Positions 12,283 through 25,689 of a stretch of DNA of 64,000 bases are shown piece by piece. The translations under genes were made by a program, and so were the position numbers. Position 1 is the first letter of the stretch; each line of letters begins with the position of its first letter. The stretch is from assembly GCF_009914755.1 (NCBI RefSeq), contig NC_060947.1. One strand, written 5' to 3'. The stretch comes from the human T2T-CHM13v2.0 reference genome, Homo sapiens. The notes beneath the pieces are model-generated. The model saw only the letters and a list, made by a program, of their open reading frames with translations. It did not search any database and had not been told where the DNA came from.

Positions 12283-13475
12283 AGCTTCAGTTTTCTTATT
12301 TATAAATAAGAATGATGCCACCCTTTCACAGGGTGGTGGTGAAAACAACATAGGTAATCAATATGTGCTAGTTGTACCTGAATCTTTGGTGAAGTTATTG
12401 CAAGACTACGAGATACATTCTGAATATTAATTTAACAAACTTGTGAAAGCCATATATTATGTGATGGTACCCAGGTGAAAACTACATGTTTTCCTGTCCT
12501 TTGAGGGGCTCATAGACTAGTGAGAGTGGCAGATATGAAAACAAAAACTACTGTACGGTTTGAAAATGGCTAAACAGAGATATGAAGAAGGGGGAGACAG
12601 TTCCCCTGCTAGGACGGTGCTAAGGAGAGAAGGTGGTGGAGGAGGGAGGGGAGCACTGAGGAAGTGATGTGAAGCTGGAGGTAGTGACTTTAAACTGAGT
12701 TTTGAAAACTAAGCCAATTATCATGGTACTACAAATATCTTAAAAGGTACAGAACAAGGCTGTATTTGTACTAAGTCTAAAACCTAGAATGCAAGTTGTT
12801 CTTGTTTGGGGAAATGGGAGTGAGTGGAGAATATTTTCCATATCAATTTCCTTATCATTTCTCTCTCCTAAAAGTAGAATGTGGAACAACTGGAGTCATT
12901 TTGTATTCCCAGTAGGTTGACTCTGAGAGGATGGGTGTTGGGCTATATTGTTGACTTGCTGTGTAAGTCATTAACTACATGGCCATGGTCTAAGTTGGTG
13001 GGGGTAGGGGGTGGGACCCTGGCCATGATGACTATAAATAAGTCAGGTGGTAAATCCTGCTAATAATGGGACCTTTGGCTGAAGTACTAGCTGCCTCAGC
13101 AGGGCCATCCTCAGATATTAAGGGCAATGCTATATATACACATACAACCGCATGAGGCAGTGACTAATGGCTCTGCCTTGGGCCAGCAGCTCTGGCCCCT
13201 TTCGTGCTTCTTTACCTCTGCAAAGCAGCCAAACTGGAGTTTTCAAACTCCACTCCAATTTGACAAATAATCAAAAGACAATAGACTTTATTATACATAC
13301 CTTCACATTATCTTCACTACCCTTCATGTTTCAAAATGACTGTTTTTTTTTTTTTGAAAACCACAACACATTCCCATCAACCACTAGCATGCATTTGGCC
13401 AGACCAGGCATGATAAACTCTCAAGCCTTAATGCTGAACGATGCTGAATGAAGAGAAAAACAAGTAGGGTTATAA

Positions 13476-13720
13476 CAGTGGTTAAGATCATAATCTTTGG
13501 ATTAGATCTGAGTTCTAGTCCTGGCCCAACATTTATTACCTGTGTGATGTTAGGCAAGTGATTTCATGTCTCTGTGCTTCATTTTCTACATCTGAGAAAT
13601 GGGATAATAATAGTACCCATCTTATAGAGCTATAGTGAAGATTAAAGGAGAAAATATACAAAACAGATCTATTGTGGTGCCTAACTTAGTAAATGCTTGT
13701 AGAATACTAGTAATTATTAT
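13476..13720 (+). mobile_element. MIR
   Basis: cagtggttaagatc...tgtgtgatgttaggcaag...gaaatggggataataatagtacc. Confidence 0.85.
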
Positions 13721-13864
13721 CAATATACTAACAATGGTGGGCATTACCTCTGATATCTTATGGAAAACAGGGGCCACTGGGGGTAAGGAAAGAGGGGAGT
13801 GTTACAATTTCTTCAGGTGAAAAGAACATGAAAATACCAGTACAGGAACCAGCCATTAATAATA

Positions 13865-13943
13865 TTAGATTGGTGCAAAAGTAATTATGGTTTTGTGATT
13901 AAAAGTCATGGCAAAAATGGCAATTACTTTTGCACCAACCTAA
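13865..13943. mobile_element. MADE1 (Hsmar1-derived palindromic MITE)
   Basis: ttagattggtgcaaaagtaatt...aattacttttgcaccaacctaa, 79 bp, flanked by TA. Confidence 0.93.
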
Positions 13944-16900
13944 TAGGAGAGAATGTATTTACAACAAAAAAAGGACAAGATGGTTTATCTTTAACAAGTT
14001 CTTTACCAAGAACACTGCCAGAAAAAAACAGTGGGATTAATTTGTATTCTTCTCATCTGATTAATGCATTTTCTGAAAGTGCTACTGCTAATAAAATCCT
14101 AAAAAGATGTTCCAGTGTTACCCTCCACCACTGTACATACCCCCAACCTATCAGACCTGCTGCCAAAACCTATTTGCTTTTTTCCTCTAAAACCATGGAT
14201 GACATTTGTATCTGTGCTCTCTCTCCTGATCCCCCCATCTGTGGTGGAGGAAAGCCAGAATTACTTAGTGTTGTAGCTCAATTATCCATGACAAGATTGG
14301 AAAGCAAGGGGGTAGGCAGGAGAAGAACCTGCTCTTCACAGACAGCTTTCTAACAAGACAAAGGCAGATTATGGCCACGGCTGTGACCTCCATGACAGCT
14401 GGGCACAGGACACCCGCTGTATCGGCATACTCCAGGAACAATACACATGCAAGTAAATTTGGTTGGCAGTTTGTGATTCTGGGACAGTATTAATAATAGT
14501 GCCTTTCCTGAAATCTATCCTGTATATGATATATTTTGCCACGTTTAATTCAATAGCTCTTCTGAATATTTTAATACAGCAACAGTAGTCCAAATAGCAA
14601 ACACATGTGAGTTATTAACTTTCTTTTATCCATTTCTGCTGTAACTTAAATTTTCTTCCTGAGTGAATCTCCAGGCCACTAGTGACATCACCTTTAATCT
14701 ATTTGTGTGGTGTGTGTGTGTGTTTATTGGCATTAACATGGAGGAGACATAAGCTGTTAAAAAATAAAAGGCGTCTAGGCTAGTGATGATCTCCAGAGTA
14801 AACCTTACAGGGATTGGCAGAGCAAATTTGATTTGAAAATGATTACAAAGGGTGAATTCCCTGTAAATAATGAATTGGAAAGAAAATCAGGCTGGGAGTA
14901 TTTGCTTATCCACTTATTTCCACATGGAAGAAAAGCTGTAATTCCTGACAGCCTGTGCTTACAGTGTGACTAGATTGGCCAGAGAGAAACCAACGGGTGA
15001 TAAAAATAAGTACACAACCCCACCAGTTCATTGCATTCTCTGTCAGTTCCAACACCAAGGAAAACCATAAAGATAATAAGTCTTTGGATAACAGCCCATA
15101 AATCCATGGTTACAGTTCAAGCACTTAACTTCAAATTCCCAAGTGACCATGCCACTGTTCTTATCTGTTAAAGAAGCTAGAAGTTCACTGTCAGAAAGGA
15201 GGTGAGGTGATGGGCAAGGCAGCTGAAATACTCAAAGACCCCAGCAAAATTCTGGGAAAGCATGCCCTCCTTGCAAATCACCACTTCTTGAGAAACTAAC
15301 TCATATGTCACTGGGAGACACTGTCAGAGCCAACTGGCTAGGTTTCTACCAAAGTGCACCTAGTTTTCAAGAGTGGCTATCTTCCTTGAAAATGTAAAGC
15401 TAATTTCTGTATATCAAATCCTATTTTTTTCCACTGACTCACAGTGTCTTTTTCTAATTTTTAAAATTACATATTGAGTAGGTACACAGGAAAATTTATA
15501 AGATACAAGCGTAAAGTATAAACAACAACAATGCAATGAAATTTGTATGCCCAACATGCAGTTTAAGAAAAAGAATATCACTATTACCTTTAAAGTCCAC
15601 CATGTACCCCTCCCTAATCGCTTCCATCTCCCCTGAAAGATAACCACCGTTTTCAATTTTGTGTTAATAATTCCTTGCTTATCTTTATAATTCTACTACA
15701 TATGTTGATACCGTCTCTTCAAAAATGTTTTATCTTAATTTCTAAAGGATTCTTTAATTGCCAAGAGCTTTCTGTGCTGTTTTCTTTCATACTCCTGCCC
15801 CACCGTTTCCCTCTCCCTCCCCTCCCTCTCTTCCTCCTTCTCTCTCTCTTTCTCTATCTACCTTCCTTTCTGTGTCTCCCTCACCACCCCTCCTCCACTC
15901 AGCTAGAGGAGTAGTTAGTGATCTAGGAACAAACATGAATGCCAAAGATATCAGTTAGCAGTGAATCCGTATGTAAAGGCAGTAATTATTTTGTAACATG
16001 GTGACTTTCCTTTTGTTCTTTAAATGAATCCCTGCATGGGCCCTAATTCGTTTACCCAGAAGTTCAGAGGTGATTAGGGAATATGGAGGTGGCAGCAGGC
16101 TACAGAGCAGGGTGACGGAGCTGTGAGTATTGCCTAGCATGGGTACCTCAGGGGTCTGGAGCCAGAAGACCATGCTATTTGCTGGCTATGTAACTTAGGC
16201 GAGTCACTTAATATTTCTGGGCCTGGGTTCCTTCATCACAAAAAATGTAGAAAACAGTAATACTGATCTTACAGGGTTGATGAGATAAACAAGGGATATT
16301 AATTGGAAAAGTATTTTGAAAGCTATAAAATACTATATAAAGGTGAGTAAACGATGTTGCTGTTCTGCTGCTGTTGATGACATCAGTTCTATTAAAGTCA
16401 AGGTAAACAACTAAATGGTTATGAATTTTCTAAGTTTGGAGCTAATCCACAGATTTATCCTTGCCAGCTGCCTGGTAAAGCCAGCATATCACAGATAAAA
16501 TTAAACCTTCTTTTCCGATGCTTTATTACTGGTCCATGTGGAAGCTTCCCCCCGCATCCCCCGACTTCAAACATCTTCCCCAAATCCCACTGTACCTGCC
16601 CAATCTGCATGTGAGGGAGTTGTGTTTGCTCTGGTCTACGTCAGTGCCGGAGCCCAGGGCAGAAAGTAGTCACACATTATAGGAATGCAACATTTTCTCT
16701 TCCTAATCATTTCTCATAGGACAGTGCAGGTTGGTAACTCAAATCGAAATGTATGCAAGATGTGCTCATCACCTGATCAGTTTGCGCCTGAGGAACCTTC
16801 TGAAGGTCCTGACTTTTGCCTGTGTGCTATTAACATAACCATTTGCATGTCATTTCCATTCTGTTTTTTAAAGGGTCTCTCCTTGAAGATCTATGAGAAT

Positions 16901-18689
16901 GAGAGTAAGCAGTGGACAGCCACGTTTCCATTCTGCAAACGATATAACCAAATCTGTAAATGCGCAAAAATACACACAAGAGACGCTCCATAAAGCTGCT
17001 GGCAATTATTTTGGTGAACAGACGCAAGTTGTGCACAATTCCCCACAGCTGCCTCAGGTGTTGAAGGAAGAGATTCAAACAACAGAGGGGGAAATATTGA
17101 TCATCTTTTTGAATATAGAGTTAGGCTACCTGCTTAGGTGCCCAGGAGGGGGTGTGAGAGAAAGAATGCTGGTAATGTTCCCACACGTTTCCCAGCTTGA
17201 GGCTGGACAGCCACATGCCCATCTGCTGCTAAGAAAAAAAAAAAAAAAAAAACCAGACAGGGCTTAAACACATACGAAAGGCTGTTTGACCTTTCAGGTT
17301 GTAAGGCTCTTGCCCTCCGCCTAACAGCTGACGCCTGGAACAAGCAGGCAAACCCCACATGGCCTCTGAAGGGGCTAGCATGGGGGCTCCAGCTGAGGGG
17401 CGGCTGCAGCTATGGCAACACATGCCTGGGAATGAGTTAACACCAGCCAAAGGGGTTAATGGAAGAGGCAAGAGCTTTTATACAAATGCATTAGGGAAAG
17501 AAATGCAATACAGTGGGAATGAGGTCCATTAATAAAGCTGAGTGATAAAATCCACGACCATTCTCAAATTGGACTTGGCAACTTAAACTCCTTTTCCAAA
17601 TTAGGGTCCTGTGTTCTAGCTGCTCATGGGGATACTAAGCTTCTATCTTTAAAAAGAATAAAAACAATACTATAATATGCAGTTAAAAGGAGAAAATAGG
17701 ATAGGCAAAAGGGTAAAAATTAGACTTGCAAACAAAGGAAGGAAGAGAAACAAAAGAGATGTGTACAACTATGTTCTGAATATGTTCAAACAGCTTGTTA
17801 TTACTAACAATCACCACCTGACAATAAATTACCCCTCTACATGTGGATTAAAAGCTGCATTATTATGATGCATTAGAATCAATCTGAGTACTAACGATAA
17901 TGGGTGGCTTGGTGGCTAAACATGGCCCCCAATTACTGCCAAGTGCCCTCTCCCTTTGTGGCTACAAAACAACTGTCATCAATATTCTCTCATAGAGAGT
18001 GTTTTCTTATCAGTATTACATCCTCAAACATCCTTGGAAAGCAGGTCGATATTGATGGGCTTTTCTGAGGAAAACAGGGAGGCATGGAGAGGTTAAGTGA
18101 AAATCAGCAGAGGCAGCCCTCCTGGCCCATCAAAGAATTTGGGTTATAAAGGGAGCTAAGGTAAGGAAGCAAAGGCCTTCAGCCTGCTCTTTCCATGATG
18201 GCAGCACCTATGGAATGCAATGGGTCAGGGTTTTTACTCACCCTCTCGGCTGTAGTGAAAAGCATATAATCCTTAAGCCACTGCATTTAGAAAATCTGAT
18301 TGTAGCTTGCAGCACAGACCCACAGAAGACATGTTTACTTCTGGCAGAGTCCAATACAAGCTTAGAGTAAAAGCTTACTTCTGAGAAGAAAAAAAGAGTA
18401 CATCTCAGTTCAGAAACAGTATAATCCACCAGGGGTAATATTTTCTAGTTACAAATGAACTAACAGATACTGACTGAGCCCCTGTTGTGCTATTTGTTAA
18501 TGGCTGAGAGGGACACAGGAGAAGCAGAGGACTCTGAGAAGACTGAAGCTCTTTCCTCAGAGAGCTTAGCATCTACTTGTGGTTGGGTGTAGACAAATTC
18601 ACACACAAAATAAAGACCAAACAAGCCTCTACAGAAGTCCCAAGTATAGAGCGACAAGTCTGGTTTGGCATACTGGTTAGAGGAAAAGA

Positions 18690-20070
18690 TGGGATGTCGG
18701 CACATTCCCGCATGAATGTTACCAGTAAGACTTACACTGCCAAGCATATTAGACATTTCCATCAGCAGTAAATGCACTCACAACAGGGGTGACCAAGGGA
18801 GATGAACAGGAGGAAACTGAGGTAAATCAGAAGGACAGATGTCGTTAAAGGGAACCAGGAGGGAGGTGTCTGCCATTATCTGAATACGATCGTGTCATTT
18901 TTGAACCAAACTCCACCGACAGGGCCTGCTTCCCTGGGTACAGTGCTTTTCAGGCAAGTACTCTTGGTTGGCATGTCCCTATATACATCTAAGAACTAGA
19001 GGGCAACTGATTTAAGATTGAGTGCTCTAGTGAGCACACAGAAGGCAGATAATCTGTGTTGTGGGCTGAAGAGAGCGAGTCACATATTTTAGCTATTAAG
19101 ACATACAAAGTGGTCAAGCTGTCATTCTGTTTCAGAAATTAAGGCATTTGACTTGTGTGCCTGTCCAGATGGAGTGTTATTCCACTCATAGTATATCTGC
19201 AGGGAGGGCTTGAACTTTCCTTCAAAAAGCATTTTGGATCATTTTAGCATCTTTGCTAGGGTTCACAGTGTCCCAGATGATGCCTTCTTGAGACAACTTC
19301 ACTTCCCATTCTCCTCTGCTCCACAGCCACAGGTTACAGACCTCACTTTGCCTTGTCTTGCAAACATTACTGGCTATAGGAGACTCGGGCAGAGGGTGTG
19401 GATGGCTTTAGAGAACTCTACCACTGCACACACACACTGTCCTGGACACAGTGGGGCAGCACTGTTACTGTCACAGGTGAAACTGATCTTTGTAATGAGC
19501 AACAGCCTACAGAGCTTCTGGTGACGTACTTGTAAATTTCCCATTGTGAATAATAAAATTCAGAATTGCAAGCTGATTGCATTTCTTTCTATAGGACCTA
19601 TTCTCTGGAACAGAAAATTGGCAATTGCTATCTCTTTTTCAGACATTTGAAAAAGACAACAATTATGCCTAAAGGAACTATCATGCTATAAGAAGTCTGT
19701 TTGTGATCCCAGCCCCTATAGATTCAAGGAATTTTAACCCTAATAATAATCTAGATGCGACTTTATAGTGTAAGAGTCCATCTTTGGATTTTTCCAGGAG
19801 TATAAATGGCACATTATTACATGACTGTTACTTGTAGAACTTGAACTGATAAGTATATCAGACACATACATCAGGAGCGCATGAACTCACAACAGGGTTG
19901 GTCAAAGGGGGTGAGCTGGAACGAGAGAGCCTGTGGTAAATTAGGAAGACAGATGAAGGTTAAAGGGAACCAGGATGGAGGTGTCTGCCATTATCTGAAT
20001 ATGAATATGTCTTTTTTCAGCCAAACTTCGGTGATAGGCCTTGCTTCCCCAGGGGCAGCATTTCTCAGAG
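18690..20070. repeat. Diverged direct duplication: ~18690-18950 and ~19808-20070
   Basis: Colinear alignment by eye; core 18844-18886 vs 19959-20001 is 42/43 identical. Confidence 0.9.
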
Positions 20071-22068
20071 AAGCAAGCTTAGAAGTCATTTGGGAAGAAA
20101 TATTTCTTTATTCTGACATGAGCAGCTTGGTAGAAAAGATGAGCAGACATTTGCTTTGGGAGCAAGAGGTGCTAAGCTTAATGCCCATCATCTCCTAGAA
20201 ATGGTGATGTATTGTATATACACATGGAATGTCTGCAGCTGCTTGCTATTTCCTGGAGGTCAGAGTACGCAACCTTTTATCTCTAAATATCTGGTTTTCA
20301 ATCTGGCTGTATCTTGAAATCTGTCTTGAATACAGCTCAGAAAGGAAGGTTTTGGTTAAGCATGTAGTTACTAACCTTCAAGCACAACAGAATGCCAGGA
20401 GAGCAGCCTGACCTTTGCAGTAAAATTAATTTGATGCTTACAATCTAACCTAGAGTCCATAGCCTTTATTCATATGACAGAGTCACAGGACAATTTAGCG
20501 GGGATTATTAAATTCCACCTAAGCTCATCAGAGGAGAGAATTGAGGTTGATGCATATCTGGAATTACCAGTGAATTCGCCAAACCACGTGGGGAAAGGAA
20601 AGGCAGATAGACTTCTAGGAATAAAGATAAGGGGCTACACTTGGTATGTAGTAGGTACTCAATGAGAACTGATTCAGTGAATGAGGCAAAAGAGTAAGCT
20701 GAATCTGCTGTCTGACAACTAGAGAGACCCTTCCTTACACCCACAGGTGCAACTTCAATCCCTATGAGCTTCCCATACAGCGAAGTCACTTGGCAAGTGC
20801 CAGAGATCCCAAGGTGAGGATGGAGGGTGAGTGGGTTGGGTATGGTACAAGACATGCCATCCTTCTGCATTACCCTTCCCATTCCAGTTGGTGGTAGGAA
20901 GTCTGGGGCAGGACATTGTTATTCAGAAACAAAGAAAGCTAATGGATACCAATGAATCAGGAGGGATGCATTTTACTCGAAGTGGCTAAGAGAACCTCAA
21001 CAGAAGAACTTTGTTGGGTTTCCAGAAAGCCTTTGCGACAGTACTACCAACTACAGCACTACCCAGGGGGAATCAGTGTTCCAGTCACTGCACTTAAACA
21101 AGCATGTTATACACAAAAGCCTAAGACTGTTTGCAGTGGGAAATCCTGGTTGGTTTTATTTAGGCAATATAGTAATGTAGCTTTCTGAATCTGATGTTCT
21201 TTATTTGAACATTCATTATGATGATTCATCTCTGCTTTTCTTTCTTTACCAATGATATTTGCATTCTACTAGGAAATATAATTCATAAAGGATGATAAAG
21301 GAATCAAAATTATCCAATTTATTTCCATCAAAGGAGCAGAAGGAATCCAGCAATGATCTGTTCTGCATCATTCTGTTTTCAGTACGTTTTTCTTTAAGTC
21401 AGGGTTTGTAGCATTAAATATTACTCTTCATTGCAGAATCAGTACTAATTTAACATCACAAGGATAATCTGGTTTTGTCTAAGGGACCCCTCCCCATTTT
21501 GTTTCCCAGGAACTGAACATTTTCCACTCCGGATGTTCTCTTGTACCATAGAAAGTATTCTGACTCTGTACCTCTCTAAGAGATACGTAGCACTAATGTG
21601 ACTCTCTAAATGCCTATTAGCATTTTACCTTGTATTAATAGCTAACCGGGCACCCTTGCTATTTTCCCTGCTGAGATGTATCAATAAAAACTTTGATGGC
21701 AGGGATGACGCCTAATATACTGTCAAATTACCCGTCCCCCCGCAGGATATGGCATAGTGAATGTACAAATAGCCAACATAACTCTATCAGTTTTTGTCTT
21801 CTTCAATCTGCTGACAGTATTGTAACACCTGACAATAATTGCAGTTCACACTATTTGTTGGTATTTTTTAAAGTGGAAAGGCTTTCCTTAACTTTTATAA
21901 AAATTGTCCTCAAGTTAATCTTGCTAATGTCTTCCATACTAATTTTTTTCTTTTGCCAACTGAACTCAGCCTATATGAGAGCAATAAAATCTACTAGGGA
22001 TCCTCTGGTGAGCTGGTTGATTCTGCCTATAAAAATGGCCTTAAGTCATAGAGATAATATCGGGGAAT

Positions 22069-22735
22069 CAGGAATGATGTTCAAAATATTCAAACACCAG
22101 CATGGCATGGGCAACCAAACAGAACTGTATGCAAAACCTTAGTACTGGAGCAGAGCCTGGGAGACCCTCTTGCTGTGCCATGTGGGCATGTATGTCGGAG
22201 CGATGCTGTGAATCTCCAGCCACTATTTTCACTGTGGATTCCACAGGCATCAATCCTACCCATGGAGCCTGTGCTTTGCAAGGAAATCTCACAAGGGAAA
22301 GGACTTTGCTTTGTTAGAGAGCTCTTTATATTGCAGTTGAAGAGAGGTAAAGGAGTTGTTTCTGGGGTATTTCCTTGGAACTTGCAAATAAAGACTTGTG
22401 GTGGGTTCTGCCTCCAAGCTATTGGAAGAGACTGACTAGACAGTTACAGGCTTCTCCATTTTCATGCCTACTTCTGCCTCCTGCTAAGTTGCATCAGTTT
22501 CAAACACAAAGGTTAAGATGTGTTACCTGGGTTAAGATGTCTTAGCCAGGGGTCAATCCATGACTATTACACTGTGGGGAAGTCTAGGTGATACTAGAGG
22601 GATCAGGGTGGCCTGGGTGACAGGTGATCACTTAGAGGGCTCCTGACAGTGCTTATTTACCAACTGGTACAGAAGTTTTTCAGTATCTTTAAACTGGTAT
22701 GACTGTCCAGTGCATATTGGCTGACTATCAGCCTG
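22069..22735. mobile_element. Possible ends of an old hAT-Tip100 element (MamRep38/MamTip-like) with internal inserts
   Basis: cagg..tgatgttcaaaatatt...ccag.atggca at the left end; ...gcatattggctgactatcagcctg at the right end. Matched from memory only. Confidence 0.4.
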
Positions 22736-24275
22736 AAGAGACCTACTTTTCACCAGAACAGGCAGCAAAAGTAAGCAGATCCTCCTACCCATAGCTGCAG
22801 TCTCCTTAAAAAATCTGCCTCAGGGTTCAAGGAAATCTTTGTGATCCAAGTTATCTCTTATACTAACCCGAATGCAAAAACCTTTCCTATAGAAATATTA
22901 ACATACTCCCCTTATTCTGTCTTCCCAGGGATATGAACTTCTAATCACTTTTTAATCTGTTAAACATGTTTTTTTTCTTTAAAGAAACTATTATTTAAAA
23001 TTGCTTCCCAGTCATTTTTGAGCCTAAAAACAGGTCCCACTATCTATTGCTTTTCCAGTCCTTGCAATAATTGAGTCGAGCATGGATAGCTGAGAAGTAG
23101 AATGAGCAGCTCTCCTTGCTGTCTTCTGCCTGAGTGAAGAAAGCAAAAAATTTTGTAAAATGGCAGAGGCAGGATAACATGGAGCTCTCCCTTCAAACCA
23201 TTAGAAGCAACAGAAATAAAAGTGCCATGTTTTTGTGCCCTTTAACAATCATTTTTTTATTCTAGTCCCATATCCGGGTCCCTGGGTGACAGACCTACCC
23301 CACCTCAACATGCATGGGCTGGCTGCATGTAGTTATCTTGTTCTCTTTCCACACCTGCACATGTCTATTCAATGGGGCTGTGTTACAATCAATAGCAAAT
23401 ACTTATCTGCTGGGAGACTGACTGAGTTCCAAGACCTTGGTTCACGTAAGGCTGTCTTTGCCATCTAGTGTTAAGTTTTGTTTGCAGGATTACTAGTGAA
23501 ATTTCTCAGGAAGCTGGATAGGACATATGGGAAACTGCCAAGGTGAGTAATTCCTGCATCTCTAGAGGTGATAGCTACAGCAACAGTAGCTTATTGTGAG
23601 TAGACACCAGTTGCAAAGCTCCTTAGGCACAGGCTGGGTAAAGGGGTGAACTGGAATAATAATTTCTGTCTAGATGGAATGTCTAAGCAACAACATTGAG
23701 CATGAAGTGTTCATCATACCCTAGTGCTGGGAAGTCAAATCCTAGATTCTTGCTTAGTGATAACATCATTTGACAAAGTAGGAATTCACACAAATATATG
23801 TTTAAAAGAAAAGACCAGGAACATCGTATATACCTTACTGTCTGGAGTATCTCTCAGGTTGGACGCTAGACAAACAAAAGAACTTGGAATACACATGAAC
23901 AAACAGTTTCAGATGGCATGTTACATAGTAGCTCAGAGGCAGAACCCACAAGTCTTTATTTGCGAGTTCCAAGGAAACATCCCAGGAACAACTCCTTTAC
24001 CTCTCTTCAAGTGCAATATAAAGAGCTCTCCAACAAAGCAAAGCCCTTTCCCTTATGAGATTTCCTTGTAAAGCAGAGGCTCCATGGGTAGGATTGATGA
24101 CAATGGAATCCACAGTGAAAGTAATGGCTGGGGATACACAGTATCACCCTGATATGCATGCCCAGTGGAAGAGACTGACCAGACAGTTACAGGCTTCTTC
24201 AATTTTCACGCATACTGCTGCTTCCTGCTAAGTTGCATCAGTTTCAAATACAAAGGTTAAGATGTCTTACCTGGG
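22423..24275. repeat. 110-bp direct duplication: 22423-22531 and 24166-24275
   Basis: 9 differences in 110 aligned positions. Confidence 0.95.
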
Positions 24276-25689
24276 GATTTCACTTATGCAATAGATGAGC
24301 CAAACATATATACGAGTACAAATGGCTGCTTGTGAAGTACCTGAAGTTTTTCCGATAAAGGAGGAATTTGGATGTGTTACTTGGCCTGCACTCTGCCAGG
24401 GGCATATCGTGCTGACATTAGAAAAACATGCTCTTTTCAACAAGATTTAGTCTCACTTCCCTTTGCCTCCTGGTCTCTTGCTAATGACTGGAAGTAGAAT
24501 GAGAGTTCGATTTTACGATGATTTAGAGGTCTGTGAGTTGGCTTTCTCCCTTTGGTATGTGACCAACTTCAAAGAAGCAATTGTGTAACTACTAAGGAAA
24601 TTAGTTCTCTTCCAAGGGATAGAGATCTTTTGTCATAAGTGAGAATGAGTAACTAAGCTCTCTGACTCTTTCTCAAGAGGGCCCCTGGGCTGAAGAGGGC
24701 CTGGCTCGTGGTCTAGGTTTGCTCACTGGAGCAGCAGGCAGTCAGATGGTCAAAAAATATTGCTTGTATTCCTTTTGTAGGCAGAAGCACTGGAGTAGGG
24801 AGGTGAGGCTGGGTGAAGGGAAGACAACAGGAATAAGACAGTAAGTAAATGAACAGATGTAAAGTATATAGCACAATGCCTAATGGGCATACCTCTTTAT
24901 ATAGCTTCCACTTTTTGAACACCTCCTCTGTGTTAACTACTAAAATAAGCACTATGCATTTAATCCTCACAACAACATTATGAGACAGGTATTACTAATA
25001 TTCTTATTTTATGGGGGAGCAAACCGAGCCACAGAAGTTTAAGTAAATTGCTCAGAGGCTTCAGAAATAGTAAAAGATGGGGTCAAGATTTGAAGTCAGA
25101 TTTCTTTCTTTTGGCCCTAGGTATCAGGCTTTGTGTTTGATATATTACTAACGCCAAATCCTCATACCATTCTTGAGTTGTGGGTGTGATTATCTCCAAT
25201 TACAGTTGAAGAGATGAAGGTTCAACGTGATTAAGCAACTTGTCCAAGATCATACAGGCAGTAAGTGGTAGAATGAGAATTCTAATCCAAGCCTGACCCC
25301 AAAGCCCATGCTCTTAACCACAAAACTCTGTGACCTCTTTTGCAATCTGACATATTTTAGACAGTCTTCAAATGTTTGTCCCCATCTCAAATGGTACAGT
25401 GAAGGTAGATGGAAGACAAAGAGTTGAAGGTAACTTAGACTCGGTAGTCAGAGCAGGAAAGGTTGCAGAGTTGAGCTGGAATCACATCTTCTGTTTTCTC
25501 TTGGGGCTGGTGTTGAGCAGGATGTAGTTAGAGGTGATAAAAGACAATGAGGCAAGAAGCAACTGATTTCTATCCCCTCATCTCCAAATTATAAGAGGAA
25601 GAGAGATCACTCAGAATACGAGCTAGGGCTAGGCAATAACACTATTAGAGAGTTACTATTACCTGAGGACTATTACCTGAGCTATGTAG

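Noticed and set aside
19881-20198. 105-aa ORF in the second duplicated module as a paralogous exon
   Set aside because: The first copy has stops in the equivalent frame, and no clear third-position bias favours one frame.
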